A stretch of 64,000 nucleotides of DNA from contig CAIWGV010000004.1 of assembly GCA_903912365.1 (NCBI GenBank), positions 11,710 to 75,709 of the forward strand. Reading direction: 5' to 3'. Positions 9,870 through 19,514 of this stretch are shown here, piece by piece. Each line of letters starts with the position of its first letter. The stretch's first letter is position 1. This DNA comes from an uncultured Alphaproteobacteria bacterium (GTDB lineage Bacteria > Pseudomonadota > Alphaproteobacteria > UBA7879 > UBA5542). The position numbers were made by a program, and so were the translations under genes. The notes beneath the pieces are model-generated. The model worked only from the letters and a program-made list of their open reading frames with translations. It made no database searches and was not told the DNA's origin.

Positions 9870-10610
9870 ATGACCAAATTTCTGACTACAATCTTCGTTT
9901 TTCTGATCTCTTCGGCCATAGCGGCATCACCAAAACCCCTCACAGCAAATCTAGGTGGGCTTAAGAACATGCTCACAGACAATCGGCACTTTGTAGAGGC
10001 CCATAAATCAGATTATACACCCATTGCTATCAACAATCCTCAGCGTCCCCGATCAACCATGGTCACTTGTTCGGACTCTCGCGTTCAAACGACTGCTTTC
10101 GATGAAACCCCCATCAATGATATTTTTATGATTCGAAATATAGGTAATCAATTGAGTTCAAATATGGGGGATGTGGAGTACGGCGTGCGTCATCTCAAAA
10201 CACCTCTTCTCATTGTGGTGGGCCATGACCAGTGCGGCGCTGTGGCGGCTCTTTCTTCCCAAAAGAAAATGGTAGAGCTGAATGCGGATCCCAATATCCA
10301 AAGAAGTCTCGCAGCACTCCATTTCCATTTCCAAAAAAAAAATAAAGGAAAATATTTAAAAGGAGATAAACTTCTTCAAGCGAATATAGAGTCTAACATA
10401 GATTATCAGGTGGAAGCTGCCTGTCTTCAATTTAAGAGTCTTGTTTTAGAAGGAAAACTTTACGTGGTGGGCGCCCTCTACGATTTCCTTAATATCAAGA
10501 AAAAAGGTTTTGGGAAGCTCATTATCACCAATGTGAATGGAAATAAAGATCCTAAATTTATTGAAGAGTTTGAAAAAATGGTCTTAGCGCAGGAGTTACC
10601 GAAACCGTAA
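9870..10610 (+). CDS. Beta-class carbonic anhydrase with signal peptide (periplasmic)
   Basis: The beta-CA zinc-ligand motifs CSDSRV and HDQCGAV are present, and there is an N-terminal signal peptide. Confidence 0.7.
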   Translation: MTKFLTTIFVFLISSAIAASPKPLTANLGGLKNMLTDNRHFVEAHKSDYTPIAINNPQRPRSTMVTCSDSRVQTTAFDETPINDIFMIRNIGNQLSSNMGDVEYGVRHLKTPLLIVVGHDQCGAVAALSSQKKMVELNADPNIQRSLAALHFHFQKKNKGKYLKGDKLLQANIESNIDYQVEAACLQFKSLVLEGKLYVVGALYDFLNIKKKGFGKLIITNVNGNKDPKFIEEFEKMVLAQELPKP

Positions 10611-11528
10611 GTCTTTCCACACTTCGTCTACCTTTACATCTGTTAATGCAGGACGGAAAATCACTTGGCTGATCCCATCTTGAGGTCCACAGAGGAGGGG
10701 ATTTGAGGAGTAGGAAAACAACATCAAGGACGGACAATGGCTGAGGGAAATCATGTGAATGGGGCCTGTGTCTCCCCCCAGTGCCCCTTGGGCGCCTCGG
10801 GCAAGTTCGGGAAGCTGAAACAGTGTTGTCTTGCCAAGTAAGGTCACGGCCTTAGGGCAAGCTTTTTGGATAACTTCAGCGATTTCTTTTTCTGATTCCG
10901 ATCCGATAATTACGGGGGTGATTTTCTTCTTAACTAACTTTTGGGCAATTTCTCCATATTTCTCCGCAGGCCATCTTTTATGAGGCTGGGTAGGGGAGCA
11001 CCCGGGGACGAGAAGGAAATATTTTTTAGGGAGATGGAGGCCTGAGATGGAAGGCTTCATCCAGTCGAGAGAGGGGGGAGGTACATTGTGAATGCCCGTA
11101 ATGGCCAGCTGTTCTTTATTGTGATCTAGAATATGTTTTTCATAGAGGCTCGGGGTATTGTAATAATGGGATGAACCTTTTGCGGTACCGCTCCATTCGG
11201 GGAGGGGATGGAAAAAAAGCCGCATGAGGCGAAAGTACCAGCCCGTGCGATGGGATCGTTGAAGGTCATAGACGCGGTCAAATTTTTCCTGTCTAAGCTT
11301 TTTTAAAAGCGCCCACCAGCTTGCGGGGGAATTCCAAAGCTTTTTACGATCATCCACCCAAACAGCATCAAACAAGCCAGATTTTTCAGCGAACTCTAAA
11401 AAGGGGCTGGTGGTCAAAAGAATAAGCTGGTCATTTTGGTGATGGTCTCGGAGTGCCTTGAAGGCGGCAAGCCCAAAAATCATATCTCCCAAGGCGCCAT
11501 GTTTAATAACCAGAATTTTTTTCTTCAT
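10596..11528 (-). CDS. ADP-heptose:LPS heptosyltransferase (GT9)
   Basis: The N-terminus ILVIKHGALGDMIF and the overall length are typical of RfaF/RfaC-family heptosyltransferases. Confidence 0.65.
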   Translation of the reverse strand: MKKKILVIKHGALGDMIFGLAAFKALRDHHQNDQLILLTTSPFLEFAEKSGLFDAVWVDDRKKLWNSPASWWALLKKLRQEKFDRVYDLQRSHRTGWYFRLMRLFFHPLPEWSGTAKGSSHYYNTPSLYEKHILDHNKEQLAITGIHNVPPPSLDWMKPSISGLHLPKKYFLLVPGCSPTQPHKRWPAEKYGEIAQKLVKKKITPVIIGSESEKEIAEVIQKACPKAVTLLGKTTLFQLPELARGAQGALGGDTGPIHMISLSHCPSLMLFSYSSNPLLCGPQDGISQVIFRPALTDVKVDEVWKDLRFR

Positions 11529-12673
11529 GAGACCGGTGTCAAAATATCGTGGTAAACTTTCAAGGTCTTTCTAAACATAGTTTCGTTATCAAATTGATGC
11601 CGCACATTTTTGATGCCCGCATTTCCCATGGATTTTCGTTCTGCTGCCGAGAGGTTCAAAGCATTCTCAATACGCACGGCCAGAGACCTTGAGTCTTCAC
11701 TGGGAAACAGCCATCCAGTTTTTCCATCCTCAATGATTTCCTTAAACCCACCGTGGTCGCTAGCAATCACAATGGATCCCATGGCGCTGGCTTCTGCTGC
11801 CGTTCGTCCAAAAGACTCCGGTTGGGAGGAGGGACAAATCACAAGGCTCGCCAGTTTGTAAAGAGCGGGCATGTCTTTACATTCCCCCACGATATACAGA
11901 CGGTCCCTGAATCCGTAGGTTGTTGATTGTTGTTCCAGCTCATGGACGTAGGCTTTGTTCTTTTCAGCTCCCACGAAAAGACAGATCCAGTCCTTGCGCT
12001 GCAATCGAGAGAGCGCTTCCAGAAGCACCGCATGCCCCTTGAGACGCGTGAGCCGTCCGGGCAACAGAATAATGAACTTATCATCGGGAAGCTGAAGCTG
12101 ATTCATAAGCGCCTCAATGCGGAGTTCCGTTACCCGTTCAGGATCGAAGATATTAAAATCCACACCCCGATGAATGGTGGAAATCTTTTTGGGATTCAGG
12201 CCATATTCCTTCTCAATATGCTGGGCCATGAATTTGGACACGGCAATTACTTTCCGTCCCTTTGTCATGACGCTGTTGTAAAACTTCTTTAGTTTTCCCT
12301 GGAAAGAGTAAGCGCCATGAAAAGTAGTGACCAAGGAAGTCCGGGTTTTCTTGGCTGCAAGGTAAGCACTCCAGGCGGGGGCTCGACTGCGAACATGAAT
12401 AATATTAATATTATGTTTGCGAATGAGGCTGGCCAGACGAATGCTGTTGATCCAAATGGTAAAAGGATTTTTGGAGTTGAGGGGGAGGTATTCGTGGATG
12501 ATTTCATGTTTGCGCAACACGGAAACCAGACGTCCCCCACAGGAGGCAATCACGGGGGACGCCCCTTTCTTTTTCAGAAAGATGGCGAGATCTAGGGCCC
12601 CCCTCTCCACACCCCCCATATCAAGGGCCGGAACAATCTGCAAAACTCGAGGTGTTTTTTTATTTTTATCCAT
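11525..12673 (-). CDS. Glycosyltransferase family 4 (GT1-fold)
   Basis: The N-terminus VLQIVPALDMGGVERGALDLA and the C-terminal EGFG-like block (PESFGRTAAEASAMG) fit GT4. I chose the internal MDKNKK start; the 74-aa N-terminal extension of the listed ORF looks spurious. Confidence 0.65.
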   Translation of the reverse strand: MDKNKKTPRVLQIVPALDMGGVERGALDLAIFLKKKGASPVIASCGGRLVSVLRKHEIIHEYLPLNSKNPFTIWINSIRLASLIRKHNINIIHVRSRAPAWSAYLAAKKTRTSLVTTFHGAYSFQGKLKKFYNSVMTKGRKVIAVSKFMAQHIEKEYGLNPKKISTIHRGVDFNIFDPERVTELRIEALMNQLQLPDDKFIILLPGRLTRLKGHAVLLEALSRLQRKDWICLFVGAEKNKAYVHELEQQSTTYGFRDRLYIVGECKDMPALYKLASLVICPSSQPESFGRTAAEASAMGSIVIASDHGGFKEIIEDGKTGWLFPSEDSRSLAVRIENALNLSAAERKSMGNAGIKNVRHQFDNETMFRKTLKVYHDILTPVS

Positions 12674-12961
12674 AAAATTACTATAATGGCTGTGGATTTG
12701 AAACACAACTTGAAATGCTTTGGAGCCCTCAATCTGTGTCATCATCGCCCAGAGGAGCCTGAAAGAACTACGGTTGGATCGCCGAAAAAATCTTGACGAT
12801 TTCTCCGCGAGGGCGATGGGAAGAGCAACTCTTCTCCACTGAAGCTGGTTAGCCGAGGAGATTAATAGCGAAAGAAAGTTTCCAAATTTCTTCAATTCTT
12901 CTTGAATTCGTTAAGTAAATTCCCGTATATCTTTTTAAGACTTACTCTTCTGGAATTTATA

Positions 12962-15082
12962 ATGATTAAAAATATTTTATTTCTACTGATGATAGGTATA
13001 GGACTTGCTGAGGGGGCAGTTAGCGATCCTTGGGTTCAGCGCATGCGTGGAGATTCTTATTACAAAGGATTTGGGGACCCTCATATTTTACCGGCTCTAA
13101 AACAAATCCCTCCTGAACTCCGAGATTGGGTTGAGCACATAACCATTATTTCTGGTATAAAACTAAAAAAATTCATTAACTCAGAAGAAAGTTACGGCCT
13201 ACATCTGAGAAACTGTGAGGATTGGACAGCGACTTGTATCTCAGTTTTGAACTCTTTAAGAGATCTTCCCGGTTCTTCTCACTCCTGGATAACAGACATG
13301 ATAAAGGCTTATATCCCTGAGGATTGTCCTGCATTTCCTTGCCTTACAACCCTTCATACTTTAGTTAAGATCCCTGTTGAGTCTCAGCAATGGGTAGCTA
13401 GGATGGCGCAAACTTATAGAGATAAAGAAAATTCTCGTCTTCTAAATCAACTGAGAGAAACCCCCATAAATAGTCAAGAATGGGTGGAAGAAATGGCTCA
13501 GTTCCATATCAGAGAAAATTCTGATGCCGCTGCCTATGTATATCATTTAAGACAAGTTCCACCAAGATCTCAAGAATGGATGAAGCGCATGACTCAGCGT
13601 TACGTTAAAAGAGAATATAAGGAAAAGGATGCTCTGGGTATCCTAGAAGTTCTCCAAAAAACTCCTGCTGAATCTCAAGAATGGGTAGAACACATGGTCC
13701 AGACCTATATTAATGAGAGGTGTAGCGCACATAATAGGCATGATATTTTATGGAGTCTAAGCAAAGCTTCTCTTGAAGATAGAGGATGGATTGAGCAGAT
13801 GTCTCAACTCTATATTAAAGGAAGCGATAGCGGAGATGGTCGTGCTATGATTATATATTCCCTAGCACGCATTGAATCTGTTTCTCGGGAATGGGCTGCG
13901 CAAATTCTATCTTTTTTGATAGAATCAGACTGTGACAACACCTATTACACCACATCTAGAGATGGCCACAAGCGATATATAGGAAGTATTGGATGTCCAG
14001 CCTTCGTTATAAGCAAGCTGGAAGAATTATTATCGGATCTTCAATGCCAAGTTGATCTTTTGGAACCAGCACGTGCTCAAATAATGGCAGAATCTAACCA
14101 ATTTAGGGAAAGAAGCCCCTTAAAAGGGGAAGATATTGGAGATATTTTTCATCGAGTAAGTAGAGCTCTTGCCCAACAAGTTCGGATAAATCCAACAGGA
14201 GATAGACCTTTAGGACGCGCTCTTGAAGTCCACTTTGCAGCCTCTCTTCTCGTCCCTGCGGAAGAGAGGACCCAACCTCTTTATAGGGCTGTCGAAACTT
14301 ATATCAATAAGCTAGCTCTATCTCATCCAGTCCCTCTGGAAAGGGCGGTGTCTACACTCCAGGGTTGGGTAGACACATATGCGGATGAAGACAAAAAAGC
14401 TCTTTATCGTGAGACTGTTACAAAAGGGTACGGAGATGGAACAAACCCCGATTACAACCAGGAAATTACGCCTTTATTGCGATTTGTTGTCCCTTACATG
14501 GCAACGCTTCCTGAAACAGTTCTCAGGGCGTGGCTTCTGCCAGTCTTGCAGGAATCTGCAACGGCCTATGATGGAATGAGTCCCCTCAGTTGCGCCAAAG
14601 GGATCCAAGAAAGACTGACCATGTTGGGATTTAATGATTTGGAGGGAGTTGATCCCACTCTTCGGTCTCTCTCTCAATTCTCTCGAACCTTTGTGGGCAT
14701 TACAGACCGTGGCACACACGAGGCTGACACATGGGTGAGAGACGCTGTGGAATTTATAGGTCCAGAGGCAAGATTATTGATTCTGGGGCCAGAAAAACCT
14801 ACAGAAGAAATCTTCAAAGATTTGTTCCCGCCAGCCTTCCAAGCCCTTTCTAAAAGGGCGGGACTCAACCCCCTTTATGCCGACGCTCTTTTAAAAAATC
14901 AACGGATCCAAATGCACCTCAACATAAGCCTTGAGATGTACTACCAAGTGGATACGCATTACCAGACACTCCAGGAACAGGCGAGGGCCTTCCAAACCCA
15001 AGAAGAGAGACGAGAATTTCTAGCGACTGCAGGGACTCGACGTCTTGCGGCAGCAGAAATAAGGAGTCCTGAAGATATTTAG
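12962..15082 (+). CDS. Large secreted repeat protein, function unknown. Its C-terminal region is paralogous to the 23372-24883 product.
   Basis: A signal peptide follows the MIKNILFLLMIGIGLA start. It contains about 6-8 degenerate ~35-aa tandem repeats (xSQEWVxxMxQxY…). A C-terminal block (…PLSCAKGIQERLTMLG…DPTL) resembles the 23372-24883 product. Confidence 0.45.
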   Translation: MIKNILFLLMIGIGLAEGAVSDPWVQRMRGDSYYKGFGDPHILPALKQIPPELRDWVEHITIISGIKLKKFINSEESYGLHLRNCEDWTATCISVLNSLRDLPGSSHSWITDMIKAYIPEDCPAFPCLTTLHTLVKIPVESQQWVARMAQTYRDKENSRLLNQLRETPINSQEWVEEMAQFHIRENSDAAAYVYHLRQVPPRSQEWMKRMTQRYVKREYKEKDALGILEVLQKTPAESQEWVEHMVQTYINERCSAHNRHDILWSLSKASLEDRGWIEQMSQLYIKGSDSGDGRAMIIYSLARIESVSREWAAQILSFLIESDCDNTYYTTSRDGHKRYIGSIGCPAFVISKLEELLSDLQCQVDLLEPARAQIMAESNQFRERSPLKGEDIGDIFHRVSRALAQQVRINPTGDRPLGRALEVHFAASLLVPAEERTQPLYRAVETYINKLALSHPVPLERAVSTLQGWVDTYADEDKKALYRETVTKGYGDGTNPDYNQEITPLLRFVVPYMATLPETVLRAWLLPVLQESATAYDGMSPLSCAKGIQERLTMLGFNDLEGVDPTLRSLSQFSRTFVGITDRGTHEADTWVRDAVEFIGPEARLLILGPEKPTEEIFKDLFPPAFQALSKRAGLNPLYADALLKNQRIQMHLNISLEMYYQVDTHYQTLQEQARAFQTQEERREFLATAGTRRLAAAEIRSPEDI

Positions 15083-15158
15083 CGGAGAACTTCCATAAAT
15101 TTTTCTGCCAATAAATGCGGAAATAGAGGCAAAAACCCAATTTTTTCATCTTTTACGC

Positions 15159-15195
15159 TTGACTTTTTGCCTAGAGAAGCTTAGAAATCTACGTG
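15159..15195 (+). promoter_or_regulatory. Candidate sigma70-type promoter for rplU-rpmA
   Basis: TTGACT, a 17-nt spacer, then TAGAAAT, located upstream of rplU. This is only a sequence-level guess. Confidence 0.25.
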
Positions 15196-15247
15196 AGAAA
15201 TTTTTTGGGACCTTATTGAGAGGCCCTTATATTTGGAAGAGTTAATT

Positions 15248-15688
15248 ATGTTTGCAATTATTCGCACAGGCGGAAAACAGTATAAAGTTGCCAGAAACGA
15301 TCTCGTTTTGGTAGAAAAGCTTGATGTGCAGCCTGGGACAGAAGTGATTCTGGATAAGGTTTTGATGATCGGTACTGAGGCCGAATCTCTTGTGGGAGCT
15401 CCTCTTTTGGAGAAGGCTCAAGTTATTGCCCTCGTGGAAGATCAAACGCGCTCTGATAAAGTAATCGTTTTCAAGAAGCGTCGTCGTCATAATTATCGGC
15501 GGAAGCATGGACATCGTCAGCATCAAACAGTTCTAAGAATCATTGATATTCTGACGGACTCTAGCCAACCTCGTAAGGTAGAGACAGCGGTTTCCAAGGC
15601 GCCTAAGGCAACGAAGGAAGCAGCCGTTGTGAAAGAAACAGTAGAAAAGGCGCCGAAGAAGAAGGCAGCCTCTCCTAAAGCAGACTAG
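15248..15688 (+). CDS. rplU: 50S ribosomal protein L21 with Lys/Ala-rich C-terminal extension
   Basis: MFAIIRTGGKQYKV… is the L21 N-terminus. GGAAG sits upstream of the ATG. Confidence 0.85.
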   Translation: MFAIIRTGGKQYKVARNDLVLVEKLDVQPGTEVILDKVLMIGTEAESLVGAPLLEKAQVIALVEDQTRSDKVIVFKKRRRHNYRRKHGHRQHQTVLRIIDILTDSSQPRKVETAVSKAPKATKEAAVVKETVEKAPKKKAASPKAD

Positions 15689-15710
15689 TAAACTCGAAAG
15701 GATTTGACGA

Positions 15711-15959
15711 ATGGCCAGTAAAAAAGCAGGTGGTAGTTCAAGGAACGGACGGGACTCGGCGGGTCGTCGTCTGGGTGTAAAGAAATTCGGGGGTCAGGTT
15801 GTGATTGCCGGAAATATCATTATGCGTCAACGGGGAACAAAAGTTCATCCAGGAACTAACGTGGGCATGGGCCGTGATCACACGCTCTTTGCTCTCACGG
15901 ATGGTCGCGTTAGCTTTTCACGGGGTGCGCAAGATCGCGCGTTTGTATCCATCGTCTAA
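15711..15959 (+). CDS. rpmA: 50S ribosomal protein L27
   Basis: [16 protein letters not shown]…GTKVHPG is characteristic of L27. Confidence 0.9.
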   Translation: MASKKAGGSSRNGRDSAGRRLGVKKFGGQVVIAGNIIMRQRGTKVHPGTNVGMGRDHTLFALTDGRVSFSRGAQDRAFVSIV

Positions 15960-15981
15960 GGTGGTGATGGGGAGGAAGTAA

Positions 15982-16968
15982 ATGAGATATTTACTTCCAA
16001 AGTCCTGGTCTAAGATTCTTTTTATTTCTTCAATTTGTATCGTTGTGTTTGTGGCCCTCGTTTTTATGAGGGCTTTCTTTTTGATGGACCTTTCCAAAGC
16101 GCCCCTTGAAAATCAAATTACGGCACCCGTTTACCTGATCTCGTACGCAGATGGTCCGGAAGTTTTCCACAAAAACCGAAAGATGCTTGTTTATTCAGGA
16201 TTGCAAAAAGGAGTCAGTCACTTTTTCAATTATAAGAAAGATATGATTGATCCCAAATTTTTAGAAAAACATAAAGACACCTTTTCTAAAAAGCATGGGG
16301 CAGGGTATTGGATCTGGAAGCCCTGGGTCATTCAAGATGCGCTGAAGAAAATTCCTGAAAACGCCTATGTATTTTATTGTGATAGCGGCTTTGTTTTTAA
16401 AGGGGATGTGAGCCCCATCCTAGATCTTCTCAAAACAAAGGACATGGTTCTTATGACCTATACGAATAAGGAACTCTATGGTCCCCTCAGTAAAACCACA
16501 AAGGAAGAAGCCTTTATAAAAACGGGATGTGATACCCAAGAATGCCGGAATTTTTATCTTCTGTGGGCGGGGATGATTTTCATGAAAAATACGCCTGCCA
16601 CCCGAAGCTTTATCCAGAAGTGGCTTACCTATTGTGAGGACCCCGAACTTTTGGGACCGGAATCAAAATATCTCCCCTCCCGTCATAACTATGATCAGTC
16701 CTTATTAGGGGTTGCCTATTACAAAAATCCCCAGCATATCGCTCTGGTTCCAGAAGAGGAGATTGCAGACAATAATATTTTTAGGTGGCATCATCGTCAC
16801 TCAAGTAGGGAGAGTGAAAGCCTTTTCTTTGATTATGAAAAGATCAGGGGTGTTGAGCGCCGAGTCATTAATAATGGCATTTTTAAAACCCTGGCCAAAT
16901 GGGTTTATAAGTTTTCAGAGAGCAAGCCTTCTGAGGGGCGCTCCCTTACGGTTATCTCAAGGGATTGA
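15982..16968 (+). CDS. Membrane-anchored protein of unknown function (tandem paralog 1)
   Basis: An N-terminal TM helix is present. The conserved blocks YLISYADGP, GAGYWIWKPW, YVFYCDSGF, MKNTPATRSFIQKWL and AKWVYKFSESKPS are shared with the next gene (about 60% identity). Confidence 0.45.
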   Translation: MRYLLPKSWSKILFISSICIVVFVALVFMRAFFLMDLSKAPLENQITAPVYLISYADGPEVFHKNRKMLVYSGLQKGVSHFFNYKKDMIDPKFLEKHKDTFSKKHGAGYWIWKPWVIQDALKKIPENAYVFYCDSGFVFKGDVSPILDLLKTKDMVLMTYTNKELYGPLSKTTKEEAFIKTGCDTQECRNFYLLWAGMIFMKNTPATRSFIQKWLTYCEDPELLGPESKYLPSRHNYDQSLLGVAYYKNPQHIALVPEEEIADNNIFRWHHRHSSRESESLFFDYEKIRGVERRVINNGIFKTLAKWVYKFSESKPSEGRSLTVISRD

Positions 16969-16976
16969 AATAATAA

Positions 16977-17954
16977 ATGAAGCGCCTATTTTTCAAATAT
17001 TGGGGTAAGACTCTATTAATTTTATCTATGGGAATTCTGGCATTTATTGCTTTTGTTTTTATACGACTGTTCTTTTTAATGGATCCGTCCGGAGCCCCCT
17101 TGGAGACAGATGAATTAAAGGAACCCCTGTATCTTATTTCCTATGCAGATGGGCCAGATGTTTTTCACAAAAATCAAAAAATACTAGCTTATTCGGCCCT
17201 AAGGAAAGGAGTTAGTCATTTTTTCAACTATAAGAAATATATGATTGATCCTGAGTTTTTGGAGAACCATAAAGAAACTTTTGCCCAAAAAAGTGGAGCA
17301 GGATATTGGTTGTGGAAGCCTTGGATCATTCAAGATGCCTTAAAGAAGATCCCAGAAAATGCCTATGTTTTTTATTGCGACAGCGGTTTTTTAGTTAAAG
17401 GGGATGTACGACCCATACTAAGTCTATTGAAGAAAAATGATATGGTTCTTGTTGCTTATACCAACAAGAAGATGTTTGGAACTTTAGGCCAAAATGTAAA
17501 AAAAGAAGCCCTGATAAAAATGCACTGTAATGAAGAGAAGTGCCAAGATTCTTTCATGATTTGGGCAGGAATGCTTTTCATGAAAAATACGCCTGCCACC
17601 CGGAGCTTTATCCAGAAGTGGCTTGCCTATTGTGAGGACCCAGACTTGCTATGGCCTCAAGGGAAAGACTCCAAGTCTCATCATCATTATGATCAGGCCC
17701 TCCTCAGTGTGACTTATTATAAAAATCCAAAGCATATTACCCTAGTGTCAGATGAAGATGTTTGTGACCATATTCTTAAATGGCATCACCGTCATCCGAA
17801 CGACGAATATACCCTATTTTTCCATAATGATAGAGTTAGGGGAGTGGAACGAGATCTTCTTCATACCAGGGTTTTCAAGACCATAGCCAAATGGGTTTAT
17901 AAGTTTTCAGAGAGCAAGCCTTCCAAAAGCCGTCCCCTTAAACCGGTTTTTTGA
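16977..17954 (+). CDS. Membrane-anchored protein of unknown function (tandem paralog 2)
   Basis: It is a paralog of 15982-16968 and starts 8 bp after that gene's stop. Confidence 0.45.
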   Translation: MKRLFFKYWGKTLLILSMGILAFIAFVFIRLFFLMDPSGAPLETDELKEPLYLISYADGPDVFHKNQKILAYSALRKGVSHFFNYKKYMIDPEFLENHKETFAQKSGAGYWLWKPWIIQDALKKIPENAYVFYCDSGFLVKGDVRPILSLLKKNDMVLVAYTNKKMFGTLGQNVKKEALIKMHCNEEKCQDSFMIWAGMLFMKNTPATRSFIQKWLAYCEDPDLLWPQGKDSKSHHHYDQALLSVTYYKNPKHITLVSDEDVCDHILKWHHRHPNDEYTLFFHNDRVRGVERDLLHTRVFKTIAKWVYKFSESKPSKSRPLKPVF

Positions 17955-19131
17955 GCAGCCCTGCTCTTAAGAAATAAAGGGTGAGGCCCAGGCAAATGGT
18001 TGTGATGGTCAACATGACCAGAGCGAGGGTGAATACTTCTCCATCATAAAGGTACCCAGCGATAGCCACGGTAATAGCAATGATAAGGGCGCGCATGCTC
18101 ATGATCACAGACGATGCAGTCCCTTTGATTTCAGGGAATATTTCCAAAGAAGGTCCAAAAATAATGGGGTAATAAATGGCTTCAGCAACGCCCCCTATGG
18201 TTACCAAAAGGGTGATCCAATAGGGAGAACGAGGGATAAAAAATCCCACCAAAGCAAGGCCTGCCATGCTCAGGACGTAAAAGATACTGCTGTAAATAAC
18301 ACAGGGTTTATTCCCAAATAGTTGAGAGAGGCGGTTTACAAAAAAACTGACGACAGAGAAAGTTCCCACAATGACTGCTTGATGGAGAGCATACTCAGTA
18401 ATGCTCATGCCAAAGGTTTCCATATAAAGGAATGGGGCGCAGGCAATAAAAGCAAGATAGGCCCCATACATGGCGCTGGGCACAAAAGAGGCGCTCAGAA
18501 ACAAGGGGCTTCTAAAAAGTTTTTTATAATCTCGGGTCATCTTGCGTGTATCGAAAACATCAAATTCTTTCTTCGTTTCAGGAAGAGAGATGAGGGACAT
18601 AACCCAAGAAATCAAACAGATAAAGGCCACAATGGCATAATTTCCCCGCCATCCCACAGCTTTGGTGATGAAGCTCCCAATGACAGGAGCGATGGCCATG
18701 AGGGTTGTGAGGATGGCGTTCATGAGGCCAATAAACTTCGTGGCCTTTTGTCCCTGGTAGATGTCAGCCACCATGGCAGAGACAAGAACCGCAGGGGTAG
18801 CAGCCCCTAACCCTTGAATGAAACGAGAGACTAATAAGAAAGGGATCGAGGGCGCATAAACACATCCCATGGCACCAAGGGTCAATAAAGTATTTCCAAT
18901 AATCATCACCTTCCGTCGTCCATAAGAATCTGACAGGGGGCCATAAAAAAAAGCAGCTATGAAAAAGCCCAGGAAGTTATAAGCCACTGTTAGCTGAATG
19001 ACTGCTTCTGTGGTGCCAAAATAACGAACCATTTCTGGAAAGCTGGGGACTGAGATATCAATCTCAATGCAACAGGGTACCAAAAAAAGAATCAGTAAAA
19101 AGGGCAGTATTTTTTCAATAGCATTATTCAT
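17938..19131 (-). CDS. MFS transporter, Bcr/CflA drug-resistance subfamily
   Basis: It has 12-TM MFS topology and the motif GPLSDSYGRRKV (MFS motif A). Confidence 0.7.
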   Translation of the reverse strand: MNNAIEKILPFLLILFLVPCCIEIDISVPSFPEMVRYFGTTEAVIQLTVAYNFLGFFIAAFFYGPLSDSYGRRKVMIIGNTLLTLGAMGCVYAPSIPFLLVSRFIQGLGAATPAVLVSAMVADIYQGQKATKFIGLMNAILTTLMAIAPVIGSFITKAVGWRGNYAIVAFICLISWVMSLISLPETKKEFDVFDTRKMTRDYKKLFRSPLFLSASFVPSAMYGAYLAFIACAPFLYMETFGMSITEYALHQAVIVGTFSVVSFFVNRLSQLFGNKPCVIYSSIFYVLSMAGLALVGFFIPRSPYWITLLVTIGGVAEAIYYPIIFGPSLEIFPEIKGTASSVIMSMRALIIAITVAIAGYLYDGEVFTLALVMLTITTICLGLTLYFLRAGLLKKPV

Positions 19132-19213
19132 GAAAGTTCCTTAAAAAGTTGTTGGGGGATTTGTAGGTATTTATAGCACGGAGAGGAAAAAGGATCAAGT
19201 GGGCCTAACCCTC

Positions 19214-19514
19214 TCGTCAGGGCCTCGCTTAGAGCCTCATATTTTTGTAAAGCCTTCTGCTAGGCCATTTTTATGTTGATAAACACGCCCCATAAGATTT
19301 GAGGTTACGCCTACATATAGGGTGCCCTTATACCTGCTGTCCATAATATAAACTACTGGGATCTTCTCCATAGGCGCATCTTAACAAAATAGCCCCTTAG
19401 GCTGAAGATGCCGAAAGCGGGGCCCTGACGCCCCCCCCCTAAAGGGGGCTCAGGGTGACGATTTCTTTGGCATCGCCCTCTTTGTCCCCCATAAAATTTA
19501 GATGCGTCAGCCCT
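19214..19514. repeat. MITE-like element, copy 2 (left end truncated)
   Basis: It is about 95% identical to the 6256-6553 core and keeps the right-hand middle and outer inverted repeats. CCTAACCCTCTCGTC flanks both sides (19205-19219 and 19513-19527), and the right flank overlaps the last codons of der. Confidence 0.6.

Noticed and set aside
10321-10340. A10 run inside the carbonic anhydrase gene
   Set aside because: It is in frame (…FQKKNKGKY…) and does not disrupt the gene.
12674-12895. 74-aa N-terminal extension of the GT4 glycosyltransferase ORF
   Set aside because: The extension has no similarity to GT4 N-termini. The canonical GT4 start (…VLQIVPALDMGG…) follows the internal Met at 12673. 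The extension is more likely an untranslated leader.
15982-17954. Assigning the tandem paralogs to glycosyltransferase family 8 on the basis of the KPW box
   Set aside because: In GT8 the HxxGxxKPW motif lies C-terminal to the DxD motif. Here the order is reversed and no DxD is present. The resemblance is too weak to call.
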